A DNA stretch of 64,000 bases from the human T2T-CHM13v2.0 reference genome, Homo sapiens. Both the position numbers and the translations under genes were made by a program. The stretch lies in assembly GCF_009914755.1 (NCBI RefSeq), contig NC_060925.1, one strand, 5' to 3'. Below the pieces are notes generated by a model that searched no databases, was not told the origin of the DNA, and was given only the letters and a program-made list of their open reading frames with translations. Shown here piece by piece: positions 1 through 14,403 of the stretch; the first letter of the stretch is position 1, and each line of letters begins with the position of its first letter.

Positions 1-250
1 TCAACAGTGAAAATAAATGATAAAAGACATTAAGAGGCATCTTATCCAATAGGATAAACACCTAAATAAGCAAAACAAACAAAAATACTAAAATGATTTC
101 CAATATATTTTTATAATTAAAATTAAATCTGTGATAAAATAAACTACATACGTATCAGAATAAAATTATTGGTAGTGCCAAGTGCTAAATAAGATGCAAT
201 GCAATTGGGTATTTCAAAAATTGCTAGTAGGAATAAAAAATGGTACAGCT

Positions 251-1330
<1,080 letters not shown>

Positions 1331-2319
1331 AAAATTCAACACACAAATAACGGCAACAAAAATTCAATGCAAAAATTGTAATAATAAAGCAAAAAAGTTA
1401 TCTTTAAGTTATGATTTTTCCCTAAATTGAGCTAAATACTTACTGCAATCTGAATTTAAAAATTTCAGCATTTTTTGTGTGTGAAATTGAAAGCAGAGTC
1501 TAAAATTTCTACAGGAATGAAAAGAATCAAAAACAGGAAAACTTGAAAACAAAAAGAAAGAAAAAGAACAAGACAGGATGATTATTCTACCTAATATCAA
1601 AACGTTTTATAAGGCTACAGAAATTAATATAATGTGGTATCTGTTCGGTAATAGAAATATAGACAAAGGGTAAAACATAGCCAGTCTATTAATTGCCCCA
1701 CATAGATACATAATTAATAACAATACCTAATCTGTCACTGAGGCCTTTTCAATAAATGATGCTGGGTCAGTTTGTAATGATCCTACAACATATATGCAAA
1801 AACTAATTGGAAAAGAATTACAATGTTAGCATAGTAGACTATCTTTATGACTTGGATTAGGCCAAGATTTCTTAAAGAAGACCAAAAGAAAAACCACAAA
1901 ATAAAAGATTGATGAATTTATCTTCATGCAACTAAAACTTTCTGCTCATGAAACAGCTCCACTATGAATAAAGATGCAAGCCACACATTGGAAGATATTG
2001 GGTAAAATATTGATATCCAACATGCACAAGGAATTCTTAACAAATCAGCAAGAAGAGTCAGCTCTCCCTCCCCACCAATATGTTAGAAAAATGATTTCCT
2101 TTGTGAAGGTATCGACTTGGAAGAGACAAAAGGAAGACATAAAGGGAACTAGATGATCTTTGTTGTAGTTACAGATACATATTTTTTTTTACATCTGTAA
2201 AAAAAATTATCAAGCTGTACAATTAAGATTTGCATTAACTGTATTAAATAAATCTGTATTAATGTAAATAAATTGCACTTTGAAGATGAATGAATTCTTT
2301 TTTTCATTGCATTAGGTAT

Positions 2320-2945
2320 TTATTTTAATTTATTAGAATTATACTTTAAGTTCTGGGGTACATGAGCAGAACATGAGCGGGTTTGTTGCATAGGAATACA
2401 CGTGACATGGTGGTTTGCTGCACCCATCAACTCATCATCTACATTAGGTATTTCTCCTAATGCTATCCCTCCCCTAAACCTCCACCTCAAAGAGGCCCCG
2501 GTGTGTGATGTTCCCCTCCATGTGTCCATGTGTCCTCATTCTTCAACTTCCACTTATGAATGAGAACATGCAGTGTTTGGTTTTCTGTTCCTGTGTTAGT
2601 TTCCTGAGAATGATGGTTTCCAGCTTCATCCATGTCCCTGCAAAGGACGTAAACTCATCCTTTCTAATGGCTGTATAGTCTTTGTGGTGTATATGGGGCA
2701 CATTTTCTTTAGCCAGTCTATCACTGATGGGCATTTGTGTTGGATTCAAGTCTTTGCTATTGGGAATAGCTGCAATAAACATACGTGTGCATGTGTCTTT
2801 ATAGTAGAATGGTTTCTAATCCTTTGTGTATATACCCAGGAATGGGATTGCTGGGTCAAATAGTATTTCTGGTCCTAGATCCTTGAGGAATCACCACACT
2901 GTCTTCACACTGGTTGAACTACTTTACACTCCCAACAACAGTGTT
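2320..2945 (-). mobile_element. 5'-truncated L1PA 3' end
   Basis: Reverse-complement L1 3'UTR (tatactttaagttctggggtacat...); ORF2 C-terminal peptide FAGTWMKLETIIL in ORF 2543-2782. Confidence 0.9.
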
Positions 2946-4057
2946 TGTTTCTGGGTGCTAGAACTTCGTATATTCAAAGTAACTCCTCATTCGAAATTTT
3001 GTTTCTACCATTCATGGGCTTGTATAATCTGTCTCTATCAGGTACTCCTTCTTTAACTTAGAGATTCATGAGAACCATATCAGCTCATTTTTAAACACAC
3101 AATGGGAAATCACTAAAAGCTTCCAGGGACAATGTATCTTCAATATAAGTGTCTGAAAGCTAACCCACCATTTTGAAGATTTTGAAGATTTTGAAGATTT
3201 TCTATGCAAACCTTTATTAAGAAATTAAGAGTAGAAACATCTGCAAATTGAAAATGCAATAAGAAATGAACATATTTCTAAAATTATTTAAAATTTTTAT
3301 TTTATATTTAATTTCATTGTGGTCAGATAACAAGTCTGAAATACCACTTCTTTGAAACATATTTCTATTTTTATAGGTATTTTGTGCATTTTTATTAATG
3401 TCTTACATTTGCTTGGAGATAAAGTTCATTCCGTTTTTGTTGTTGTCGTCGTTGCTGTAGCTTTCGCCTGTATATTAGGCTTAATTTTCTGGTTAGAATT
3501 TTTTATTCTTCCAAAATTTTATAGGCCTCATTTACCATTTTTTAGCTCAATATGTTTTAAAATAATTTCTCTGATGGTGAATGAACCTGGTATGAGTAAT
3601 GAAATTTCCGCGACAACATGTACTTGTGTAATTTTCATTCATTCTAAGAGAAGATTTTTTAGATGGTATAAATGACAGAATTTATGCAGTTCTGTTCCTT
3701 TCTCACCCTAACACTGGGTAAGGAGATAATTAAAAAGAGTAGCAAACTTTTAGTCTTAAACAAATGATGCTATCTCCTGTCATCCTCAACTCTTTCAGGG
3801 AGACAAGTGTTTACTGAATAACCTTCTCTTGAGACATGGGCTCAGGATTTACATGCACTGGTTAAGGTACTATCTTAAATATATTACTGCTTTGGAAACT
3901 GAAGCTCTATATGAAGCAGGAAACTCCTCTCATTTGTTCTAAAACAAGCCCCTTTTGAAATTCAGGATGGTCTGAAATGGCGGGTTAACTTTCAGACACT
4001 TATATTGAAGATACATTGTCCCTGGAAGCTTTTAGTTATTTCCCATTGTGTGTTTAA

Positions 4058-4564
4058 ATAAATCATGCTGCTATAAAGACACATGCACACGTATGTTTAT
4101 TGCGGCATTATTCACAATAGCAAAGACTTGAAACCAACCCAAATGTCCAACAATGATAGACTGGATTAAGAAAATGTGGCACATATACACCATGGAATAC
4201 TATGCAGCCATAAAAAATGATGAGTTCATGTCCTTTGTAGGGACATGGATGAAATTGGAAATCATCATTCTCAGTAAACTATTGCAAGAACAAAAAACCA
4301 AACACCACATATTCTCACTCATAGGTGGGAATTGAACAATGAGATCACATGGACACAGGAAGGGGAATATCACACTCTGGGGACTGTGGTGGGGTGGGGG
4401 ATGGGGGGAGGGGGGAGGGATAGCATTGGGAGATATACCTAATGCTAGATGACGAGTTAGTGGGTGCAGCGCACCAGCATGGCACATGTATACATATGTA
4501 ACTAACCTGCACAATGTGCACATGTACCCTAAAACTTAAAGTATAATAAAAAAAAAGAAAAAAA
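4058..4564 (+). mobile_element. Young 5'-truncated L1 (L1PA2-like)
   Basis: Near-consensus ORF2 C-terminus (MIDWIKKMWHIYTMEYYAA...IGGN), G-rich 3'UTR and poly(A); diagnostic sites GATGACGAGTTAG (GAG, not the L1HS-Ta ACA) and CTTAAAGTATA. Confidence 0.9.
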
Positions 4565-5681
4565 CATATTATTTCTTAAGTGTGTTTTACGTACAGGAAA
4601 TATAGCCTTTATCATAAAACTCTCTAAGACAATGTGATAGCCTGTCTCTGATTGCAATTTGGCTTTGATAACCACAGCTTTCTGCCATCATTATCTAGCT
4701 TGTGTCTTTATAAATAAAATAGTCTTCTTTTTTTTGTTTTGCAAACCCCAAACCTTTAGAAGGTGTCCCAAACTTTTCATTAGAAATATCTCTACTCACC
4801 TATGCCTTGGCAGAAGTAAGGTGACTCAATTATGTATAAGGTTGTTGAGTGTTACTCAGCTTTGATAACTCATTGTTAGTAACTGTTAACATTCAGCATG
4901 ATTATGCAATTCAGAGTTCATATCCATGGATCTATGTCCATAAGTCAAGGTAACCTTAAAACATGTGTAGAAAAGAGAACTTAGTTGTAGTTTAAAGCAA
5001 TTTTCCAATGTGATTACAGTGAGACTCTGGGAAAAGATAAATATTGCTTAAATGAAAAATTACATAAATTTAAAAAGGTTTGCCTTTAAACACCAAATAA
5101 AAACAGACTGTGGAATAAATACAAAAGAAATGTGACAATATAGCAGTTACATTTGAGTTGTGTACCTCCCCTTTTTCATGCAACTATATTTTAAAATATA
5201 ATTTTAAAATAATGTGATTTGTCTTTGGTGGAGTCCTCATATTTAGTTTTTAATCATAGAGCATACACATAGGAAATAACACTCAAAATACGTTATTGAA
5301 CAGAAATAAACTTTTCCAGGTTATGGTACAAGCTCTGGAGTCACTTTTTAATATTTCCACGCTATGTGAAATTGGAAACAATATTTAACTTTCCATTGTT
5401 AATTTCTTTTTTTAGAAAGTAGGATATATTGTCAACAGTACTTATATCATGGGGTTGTTTTAGGATACAAAGTAATATATAGATTTTACTTCACTTGAAG
5501 AAAAGCACATAAATGCTCAAAAATGGTATCTCTCAATACAATTAGCTCACTTCATTCTTAAAAATATCTTATTATATCAATGCACAAACTTAATTTTCTG
5601 TTCATGAACTACTAAAGGGAGAGAATTACAATGTGTTAAAATGTTGATAAATTCAGGAACTTAGAGTCATTTGACACTAGA

Positions 5682-6644
5682 TCATCTTGACCTGTGGGCC
5701 TCATTTTGCTGGTGTTTCAGGTTTACACATGTCCCCAGCCACCGTTTCAGGGCTTCCTTGACCTCACTGTTCCTCACACTGTAGATGAGGGGGTTTAGTA
5801 AAGGGGTGAACATACTATAGAAGGCTGACACAACCTTGTCGTGGTTAGTGGACCTGTGGGATTTGGGTCTCATATAGGTAAAAATGGCAGCTCCATAAAA
5901 GAGTCCCACCACAGCCACATGTGAAGAGCAGGTGGCGAAGGCCTTCTTGCGGGCTTCTGTAGAGCGCATGTGCAGAACAGCAGCGAGGATGAGACCATAG
6001 GAGGACAGGATGAGGGAAAAGGGGACCAGGAGCATTAACACACAGCAGATGTACATGGCGTTTTCGAAGACTGAAGTGTCAGCACAAGCCAAACGCACCA
6101 GCACGGGGGCCTCGCAGAAGAAGTGATCGATCTCGTGTGCACCGCAATATGGGAAGCTCAGGGTAGCAACAGCCTGCAGGAGCCCGTCAGCTGCACCCAG
6201 GAGCCAGGACGACATGGTCATCCTCAGGCACAGCTGCCAGCTCATGAGAGTGGGATATCGGAGTGGGTGGCAGACAGCCGCATAGCGGTCATAGGCCATG
6301 GCTGCTAAGAGGAAGCACTCTCCACCACCCAGGGTGAGCAGGAAGAAGATCTGCACACCACAGCCAGCGCGGGAGATGGCCTTATTTCCGGTCAAGTAGT
6401 CAGCCGCCATTTTGGGCACAGTGGTGGAAACCAGCATCACGTCCATGAGGGAGAGTTGGCTCAGGAGGAAGTACATGGGCCTGTGGAGCCGGTGGTCCCA
6501 GTGAATCAGGAGAATCATGAGGGCATTGCTAAACAGGGAGGTCAAAACGATACTCAGAACCATCATGAAGAGGACTTGGTGGGCTCTGGTGTGGTTAAAG
6601 AGTCCCAGGAGAATAAAGTCTGGGGTAGTATTTCTCATCTCCAT
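5682..6644 (-). CDS. Olfactory receptor family 2 subfamily T, intact 320-aa ORF, OR2T12/OR2T33-like; position corresponds to the locus I recall as OR2T32P
   Basis: Intronless ORF with OR motifs: N-glycosylation site [52 protein letters not shown]; Kozak-like context ATTATGG. Confidence 0.93.
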   Translation of the reverse strand: MEMRNTTPDFILLGLFNHTRAHQVLFMMVLSIVLTSLFSNALMILLIHWDHRLHRPMYFLLSQLSLMDVMLVSTTVPKMAADYLTGNKAISRAGCGVQIFFLLTLGGGECFLLAAMAYDRYAAVCHPLRYPTLMSWQLCLRMTMSSWLLGAADGLLQAVATLSFPYCGAHEIDHFFCEAPVLVRLACADTSVFENAMYICCVLMLLVPFSLILSSYGLILAAVLHMRSTEARKKAFATCSSHVAVVGLFYGAAIFTYMRPKSHRSTNHDKVVSAFYSMFTPLLNPLIYSVRNSEVKEALKRWLGTCVNLKHQQNEAHRSR

Positions 6645-6652
6645 AATTTCCC

Positions 6653-6695
6653 CTGGTGTGATGGTGCAAATGGAAAAATAGAGAAGGAAGAGGCT
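6653..6695 (-). promoter_or_regulatory. Splice acceptor of the OR2T coding exon
   Basis: Minus strand reads CCTCTTCCTTCTCTATTTTTCCATTTGCACCATCACACCAG|GGGAAATTATG: pyrimidine tract plus CAG, 8 nt before the ATG. Confidence 0.7.
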
Positions 6696-7371
6696 TTTAT
6701 CATCTGAATAACGAGCTAACTTCCCTCTTTTTTTTCATAGAAAATTCACAAATGTCATGGTTTGAATATTTTAGACTTCATCTCAGACACAGATGGTCTC
6801 ATTCAGGGACCTCCAGAAAGGCAGTGCCAAGGACTCATTAAATTACTACATCCAGCATGTGAGCATTCAGATGTGAGCAGCCACAAACACACAGTAACAC
6901 TAGCATCTTTGAGATGATACCTTGTCTGTGACTAATAACACTTCATTTTTAAGTTGTTTCCTGTCCTATACTTACTCCAAGTACTACTTACTCATTATAG
7001 TTACTGCTATTCTCTTCCAGCATTTACCAACATCAAAGATTCTGTCATGCCATCAGGGAAATAAACAGAGATTATAGGACAATAAAACAGGCAAAATAGG
7101 CAAAGATTCTACCTAATCAAGCCTGTGCCAAGCCTTGTCGGTTGCATTACTGTCTTCCCATATAGTGTATGCACTCCCCTTATTTTACATACTGTTTAAA
7201 GTATCTTTCTCATGTGATTGCCACAGCCCACTGACTCCTTGACTGCAGACCTCCACTGCCTCCATTATAACTTTAAACCACCCTCAGACTCATTTTATTA
7301 ATGCAGAACTCATGGATAAAAAAGCACTCGACATGGCATTAAAAAGTCCATCTCAAAAAATCACTACTGTC

Positions 7372-7583
7372 CAAACCACCATCGCCCTGGTATACTTATG
7401 TAACAAACCTGCACGTTTGGCACATGTATCCCAGGACTCAAATAAAATAATAAAATAAAATAAAATAATAAAATAAAATAAAATAAAATAAAATAAAATA
7501 AAATAAAATAAAATAAAATAAAATAAAATAATAAAATAAAATAAAAAAATGTGTGCAGAGAAGCACCAAAAAAAAAAAAAAAA
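7372..7583 (+). mobile_element. Very short L1 3'-end insertion with (AAAAT)n tail, an extra 18-nt tag and a second poly(A)
   Basis: About 70 bp of L1PA 3'UTR; (AAAAT)n at 7440-7549; 17-bp TSD AAAAAATCACTACTGTC at 7355-7371 and 7578-7594. Confidence 0.88.
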
Positions 7584-7828
7584 TCACTACTGTCTAGTTA
7601 TCTTTTTCCAGATTATAGTAGGTGTACCACTGCTAGTATGTGTCATGATTTTAGGAAGTATGTGAAATAACATATTCTACCTGCAAAGTTACATAACTTG
7701 TATTTGTGCTAAGAAAAAAAGTAAACATGAAAGCATGGGAAAAAAAGAATCATTTCTGTCATTTTACATTATAAGGAGAAAGTTATATAACATTTCTGTT
7801 TTGTTTTGTTTACTTAAATGTTTTAAAC

Positions 7829-8095
7829 CAGTGGTCCCCAAACTTTTCTACCAATGGGGGTTGTGGGAGAGGGGATGCTTTTGGGATGATACTGTTTCAC
7901 CTTGGATCATCAGGCATTAGATTCTCATAAGGAGCATGCGATCTAGATCCCTCACACGTGCAGTTCACAATAGGGCTCACACTCCTATGAGAACCTAATG
8001 CTGCTGCTGATCTGACGGAGGCAGAACTCAATGGGTAATGCTTGTTCACCTGCTGCTTACCTCCTGTGCAGGCCAGGTCCTAACAGGCCACAGTC
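7829..8095. mobile_element. MER1B-like hAT-Charlie DNA transposon
   Basis: cagtggtccccaaac terminus and the characteristic core ATCATCAGGCATTAGATTCTCATAAGGAGC...CCTATGAGAA. Confidence 0.75.
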
Positions 8096-9583
8096 TAGCA
8101 TTGAACTTTCTAAAAAGATTACTAAAAAAAAATTACATGAGTTTTGCATATCAGAGTTTGAAAATAGTTTTTTAAGCCATAGTGCATATTGACACAAAAT
8201 TTTTATTTTTAATTTAATTTTTTAGTTTAGATCATTTTATGTTGCCATTTTTTCATATATTCAGAAGCTTAAAAATCACAGCATAAAATATTAATTAGAT
8301 TAGTGAGCTGAATACTATGTTGACATGATGGTGAAAGTCTAAGATTTGAAAATTCTTAGACTTTCTAAATGGTTATACTTTTTCATTCTGAGTGGTTATA
8401 CTTTTTCAGAATTGAATTCTCTTCTCTACAGGTGGAGGCAAAGAGTAAATATCGCTTTAATTTGGAACCATTGCTCTTTTCTTTAACATTCAAATGTAAC
8501 AAAAATAAATAAACCTGTATTATGCTAAGCTGTGAAAAATTATGATGTATAATATGGTTATAGATGAGACTTTTCAGCACATTGTATCGGTCAGATAATT
8601 TAATAGAAAAGTTAGTTTAACTGTATTAATTCTTCTTTCAGGTATACGGAGGTATTGCAGCTTGATTGTTTTTACTAATTATCATTTTTGGATAAAGGAT
8701 TTTTTGGTGTTTTAAATATACAGCTATATTTATTTGTTAAGTGGAATATTTATCTCTCATTTAAAGGCTATATTAACTCAGCAAATTATAAGAATGTGAA
8801 CAAATGCTGATAAATATTTCTTCTTTAAGGCAATTTGTGGGCTGATATTAATTCTAAGCTATTAAATAGGATACCTGGATTTAAATAAAACATTTTAATA
8901 CTTTTGTATTTTTATGTATAAAATATATATCTTTTTATTTATTTTTCCACATACACTTATATATACATTTCTATTATATATATTTATATTTATTTCTATT
9001 TGTCTTTCTTAGCTCTTCTAGGCACTTTATTTAGAAATAGCTGAGGAATGTTGTGTCTATTAGTGTCAAAGCCATGCCCTTTCTGAAGCTGGTAGGTAAA
9101 CTGATTATCGTCCCCTTCCCCACCTTCATGCTTACTTGAAAACACACACAGATCACTGTTCTGGAACATTAGAGTTCCACTCAACAATCTCCTTCTCTCT
9201 TCTTTCTGGCATCCTACCCTCCACAAAGGCAGTGTCTCTATGTCCACAAGCTATTGATATAACATGGAGAAATTATTGAAACAGCCATACTCTTCAGTAA
9301 AAAAAAAAATCTTCTAATACAAATTCAATCATTTGACCTAATTAACTGCTTTATTCAAGAATTTTTGAATTGGTGTTTCTGGGTAGACACAGACTGCATC
9401 TTACATTTTCAAAACACCCTGTGGATGACAGGACAACATTTAATTTGTGTGATTTGTGCCTGCAACTTTACAAAGGTTACTTTGCAATTCAAAATTCATA
9501 TATAAAATGCTGAATACATAATAAATACGAGTAATTTGAAATTACTACCTAAAATTAAAGAAAAATAATTATCAAACAAATTG

Positions 9584-9950
9584 ACTCACCTTTGCAGTAG
9601 AGAATCACAGCCAGTGTGACATATATATGGGACTGAATCTTTCTGATGGGTTGAGTACAAATGTTTGCTTAACCTCAGTATTGTGGCTACTGCTTTGTGC
9701 TTTTTGCTCTATTTAGTTAAAAATCCTCTGTGGTCACTGAAAGTTTCTAACAACCAAATATCTTCCCTGGAGCTATGCCACTTGGAAAGGTATATCATCT
9801 TTGGCAAGGGAATACAGATTAAAGTATTTCCTAAGGGTAAATGAATGTAATGAACAAATTTAGCACCCAAGTTTTGCTAAAAGCAAAAACACTCTGAATG
9901 GGAATGTGAACAGATATGTCCCTTGTAAGGATAGCAAGCACAATGAATTA
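9584..9950 (-). promoter_or_regulatory. Candidate non-coding first exon and promoter of the OR2T gene
   Basis: Consensus donor AAG|GTGAGT on the minus strand (actcac at 9584-9589); O/E(EBF)-like TCCCTGGAG near 9764 and homeodomain-like TAAT cores near 9945; unique AT-rich sequence about 3 kb upstream of the CDS. Confidence 0.45.
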
Positions 9951-10989
9951 GTGAAGTGAAAGTCTAGAATTCTGATCATTGATAATCCTTGAATATATGT
10001 GACTTAATTACCTGAAATAAATTTTTAAATTTTCTGAAATTGTATCATGAAAATAATAATAGATTTTATTTATTCAACATTTCTACATGCTAGTGAATAT
10101 GCTCAGCATTTTACATACATTTACACGCGTGCTATTTAATCTTTTAGTTAGCTGTTTGTTCTATGAACTTTTACATTAATATAGCAATGTAAACAATGTT
10201 AATGGTTTTAAATACCATACCTATATTTAACTATCACGAGGTAGCAGAGCGGAAGAACTTTAATGTTCAAATCATAGACTTGTGGTTCTTAAAGGTTGAG
10301 GAACATCTGAATCACTCAGAATACTTAGGAATTACACTTTGAGAAATACTGCCTTTTATAAAAAAAAAAATCTGAAGGTGAATTTCGACTATTTTGAACT
10401 GGGCCCCAATGCTTGGATAGCCTATAAACTAATCAATTCCCAACTTTACATGTTTAAATGTTTTTGTGTTTTGTTTTTAATCTCACTTCTATTTCTTACG
10501 CATTTCATGATTTTGGATAAAATGATCTTCATGTTCCTTTCCTATAAAAGATGCATAATAAAATTGCTTACTTTGTAGCATTATAGGAAGGAATAAATAA
10601 AATATTGGTAAACGTTCTGGGAGAGTGTCTGGCCCATAGTATATTCTCCATCCATGTTCATTGATGTCATTATTGTAATTGTTCTGAAATAAAAAACAAT
10701 CCCTGCAAGGCAGAGTAAAGTTGATTCTGGCCTACATATTGTAAAAAGTTATCTAAAACAAGATAAGGGCAGGGTAGCCTGTTCTTTCGGTGTTTAATAG
10801 TCCTGCTCAAAGACTATTTAGTGCTCTGGGTGAATGCTTCTGTGTTTGATTTGCCATTTACCATAAATTACAGCCCAGAATCTGTGAAGTTGTTTTGTCA
10901 AGTAGACATGTAAAGAACTTCTGTCCATGCCATATTAGATATCAACCAGTTTTATACTAATGGAAAACAAAACAAAAATAATGAATTTT

Positions 10990-12390
10990 TTTTTTGAAAT
11001 CAAATTCACAGTGTCTTTTCCAATACCGCTTCTCCAACTCTCACACCAACTAGGTGTCTTACTATTCAATTTAATCCTGACACTGACCGGAGTCTGGAGC
11101 ATCAGACTCCAGATGCTGATGGAGTCAATCCCACAAGACTGCCTTCTCTTCAGATGCCAGTCTCAAGTAGGGGATATCCAGGTTACCTCTACCTGATTTG
11201 GATACAAACTTGGAGGATCTCACAACTACTCTGCTTCAGGTTATATAACTGGCTGGAACGAAGCATGGAAATGAGGAAAATGCTACCCTTGCTATTATAG
11301 TTTATTATAAAGGACGCAAATGAAGAATCAAATGAAGAGGTACATCTGGGAAGCTCCGGAAGGGTCCCAAGCACAGGAGCTCCTGTGCCACCCTCTGGGC
11401 AAGGAAATGTGTTTGCCAACTCAGAAGCTCCCTGAACCCTGTCATTATGGGTTTTATGGTGGCTTCATTATATAGGCATTAATGTGGCTGTTGGTAATTA
11501 ACTCAATCTCCAGCCCCCACCTCCCCAGAAGTTGAGTCATGGGGCTTGAGATGGAGCAGGGAGCCCTCTTAGTGACCTGTAAGTTCCTCCAAGTGCAGAG
11601 ATAAAGGAAAAGCTTAAGTTCCTTCGGGGAAATTCCAGGCACCTAGCTAGTCCTGAGAAATAAATGAGCAACTTCATAAGCAAGAAGATAATTATAGCCT
11701 AATGCAATAGCCAAGGAAGTTAAAATCACAGGGTACTTAGTTCCTTTATAAAAACTAGAGATAACAGCTTAACATTTGTCCCTGAGTTGTTTTTCAGAAA
11801 CTTGGAATCCCACTAAATAGCTCTACTGGCACATAGACCTCAGATAAGGAGGAACTGAGGACAGAGCTCGGACAACCATGTTTTCTTCTGAATTTCTTCC
11901 TGAAGGTCCTGGAGGAAGTCACACCCATGGATGAGAGTTAACATTGTTTTCTGCTGACTCTAATTTTTTAGACAAAGCTTTACTTCCTTAACCAATCACA
12001 AATCAGAAAATTTTTGAATCTCCCTATGATGTGTGGGCCCCCCACTTTGAGATGTCCCATTTTTTCAGGTTAAACCCATGTATAACCTCCATATATTGAT
12101 TTATGACTTTTCCTGTAACCTCTTCCTCCCTCCCTTTAAAAACTTACCTGTAGCCATCCATCAGAGAGTTCAGGTCTTAAGCATTAGCTGCTCACTTCTC
12201 CTTGCTTGCCCCCCTGTAATAAATTCCTCCCTTTCTCTTGCTGCAATCCCCATGTCAGCATTTGACTTTGCTGTATCAGGCAGGCTGACTTGAGTTTCGT
12301 TTGGTAACATCTCTGTGGACTTGGGGTGTGCCACTCTCAGGGTATGTAAATGTGTTTGCTAACACAGAAGCTCCCTGAACCCTTTCGTTT
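10990..12390. mobile_element. Nested old LTR elements (MER21-like, interrupted by a MER39-like LTR ending ...TGGTAACA at 12309)
   Basis: Recalled similarity to these LTR consensuses; the segment aatgtgtttgc.aac.cagaagctccctgaaccct occurs on both sides of the inner LTR. Confidence 0.55.
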
Positions 12391-12399
12391 AGTATGTTT

Positions 12400-14403
12400 T
12401 TTAATTTCTAGTTTTTGGGGTATATGTGCAAATTTGTCATACAGGTAAATTGTAGGTCACAGAGGTTTCATGTACAGATTATTTTGTCATGCAGGTAATA
12501 AGCATAGTACCCAGTAGGTGGTTTCTCATTGTCTCTCACCTTCCACCCTCAAGTAGGCCCCGGTGTCTGTTGTTCCTGTCTGTGTGTCCATGTGTACTTA
12601 ATGTTTAGCTCCCACTTATAATGAAAACATGCAGTTTTTGGCTTGTAGTTCCTTGGTTGGTTTGCTTAGGCTAATGGCCTCCACTTCATCCATGTTGCTG
12701 CAAAGGACATTATCTCAGTCTTTTTGTGGCTGCATAGTATTTCGTGGTGTATATGTACTACGTTTTCTTTATCCAATCTACTATTGATGGGCATGTAGGT
12801 TGATTCCATGTCTTCGCTATTGTGAATAGTGCTGTGATGAACATACATGTGCAGGTTACTTTATTGTAGAACAATGTATACTCCTTTGGGTATGCAAGTA
12901 ATATTGAGATGGGTGGCTTGAATGGTAGTTCAGTTTTAAGTTCTTTGAGAAATCACAAAGCTGCTTTCCACAATAGTTGAACTAATTTACATTTGCACCA
13001 GTAGTGTATAAGCGTTCCCTTTTCTCTGCATCCTCACCTTTTGTTATTTTTAGATTTTTTTAGTAATACCCATTCTGACTGGTTATGAGATGGTATCTCA
13101 TTGTGGTTTTGATATGCATTTCTCTAATGATTAGTAATGTTGAGTACTTTTTCATATGCTTATTGGCAACATGGATGTCATCTTTTGAAAAGAGTCTACT
13201 AATATTCTTTGCCCACTTTTTAATGGAGCTGTTTGTTTTCTGCTTGATTTGTTTAAATTTCTTTATAGATTTTGGATAGTAAACTTTTGTTGCATGTATA
13301 TTTGCAAATATTTTATCCCATTCTGTAGTTTGTCTGTTTATTCTTTTGATAGTTTATTTTGCTATGCAAGAGCTCTTTAATTTAATTAGGTTCCACTTGT
13401 TAATTTATGTTTTTGTTAAAATCAATTTTAGTATCTTCATTGTAAAATCTTTGCCAGGTCCTATGTCCAGAATGACATTTCCTAAGTTATTTTTCAGAGT
13501 ACTTAGAGTTTAGGTTTTATGTTGAAGTCTTTAATCCATCTGAAGTTGATTTGTGTATGTGATGTAAAAAGGGTTCCAGTTACAATCTTCTGCATTTGAC
13601 TAGCTAGTTATCCCAGCACCATTTATTGAACAGGAAGTCATTTCCCCATTGATTATTTTTGTTGGCTTCGTTGAAAATCAGATGGCTCTCGGTGTACGGC
13701 ATTATTTCTGGGCTCTCCATTCTGTTCCGTTGGTCTATGCATCTGTCATTGTACCATTAACATGCTGTTTTGATTATTGTAGCCTTGTAGTATAGTTTGA
13801 AGTCAAGTAATGCGATGTCTCCAGCTTTGTTCTTTTGGCTTAGGATTGTCTTGGCTATTTGGGTTTTATTTATTTATTTTTATTCCATATGAATTTTAAA
13901 ATTGTTTTCTCTAATCCTGTGAGGAATGTCATTGATAGTTTGACCTAGGAATAGCATTGAATCTGTAAATTGCTTTGGGCAGTATGGCCATTTTAAGAAT
14001 ATTGATTCTTCCTATCCATGAACATGGAAAGTTTTTCTATTTGTTGGTGTCTCTCCAATTCCTTTGATCAGCATTTTATATTTCTCATTGTAGAGATCTT
14101 TCACCACCGTCATTAGCTGTATTCTTTTCATGGCCATAGTGAATAGGATTGAGCTCCTGATTTGGCTCTTACCTTGGCTGCTATTGGTGTATAGAAATGA
14201 CACTGACTTTTGTACATTGATTTTGTATGCTGAAACTTTGCTGAAGTTATTTATCAAATCAGGGAGCTTTTGGACAGAGACTATGGGGTTTTCCAGATAT
14301 AGAATGGTATCATCTATAAAGAGAGATATGTTGACTTCCTTCCTTCCTGTTTAAATGCTTTTCATTTTTCACTCTTGCCTAATTGCTCTGGCTAAGACTT
14401 CCT
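12400..14403 (-). mobile_element. 5'-truncated older L1PA (about 2 kb)
   Basis: Reverse-complement L1 3'UTR; ORF2 peptide [22 protein letters not shown]. Confidence 0.9.

Noticed and set aside
224-240. 17-nt exact match (CTAGTAGGAATAAAAAA) to the transduced tag near 58596-58612 (minus strand)
   Set aside because: The match is A-rich, the flanks diverge on both sides, and no L1PA lies upstream; likely chance
4379-4420. G-quadruplex-forming G tract
   Set aside because: It is a standard feature of the L1 3'UTR
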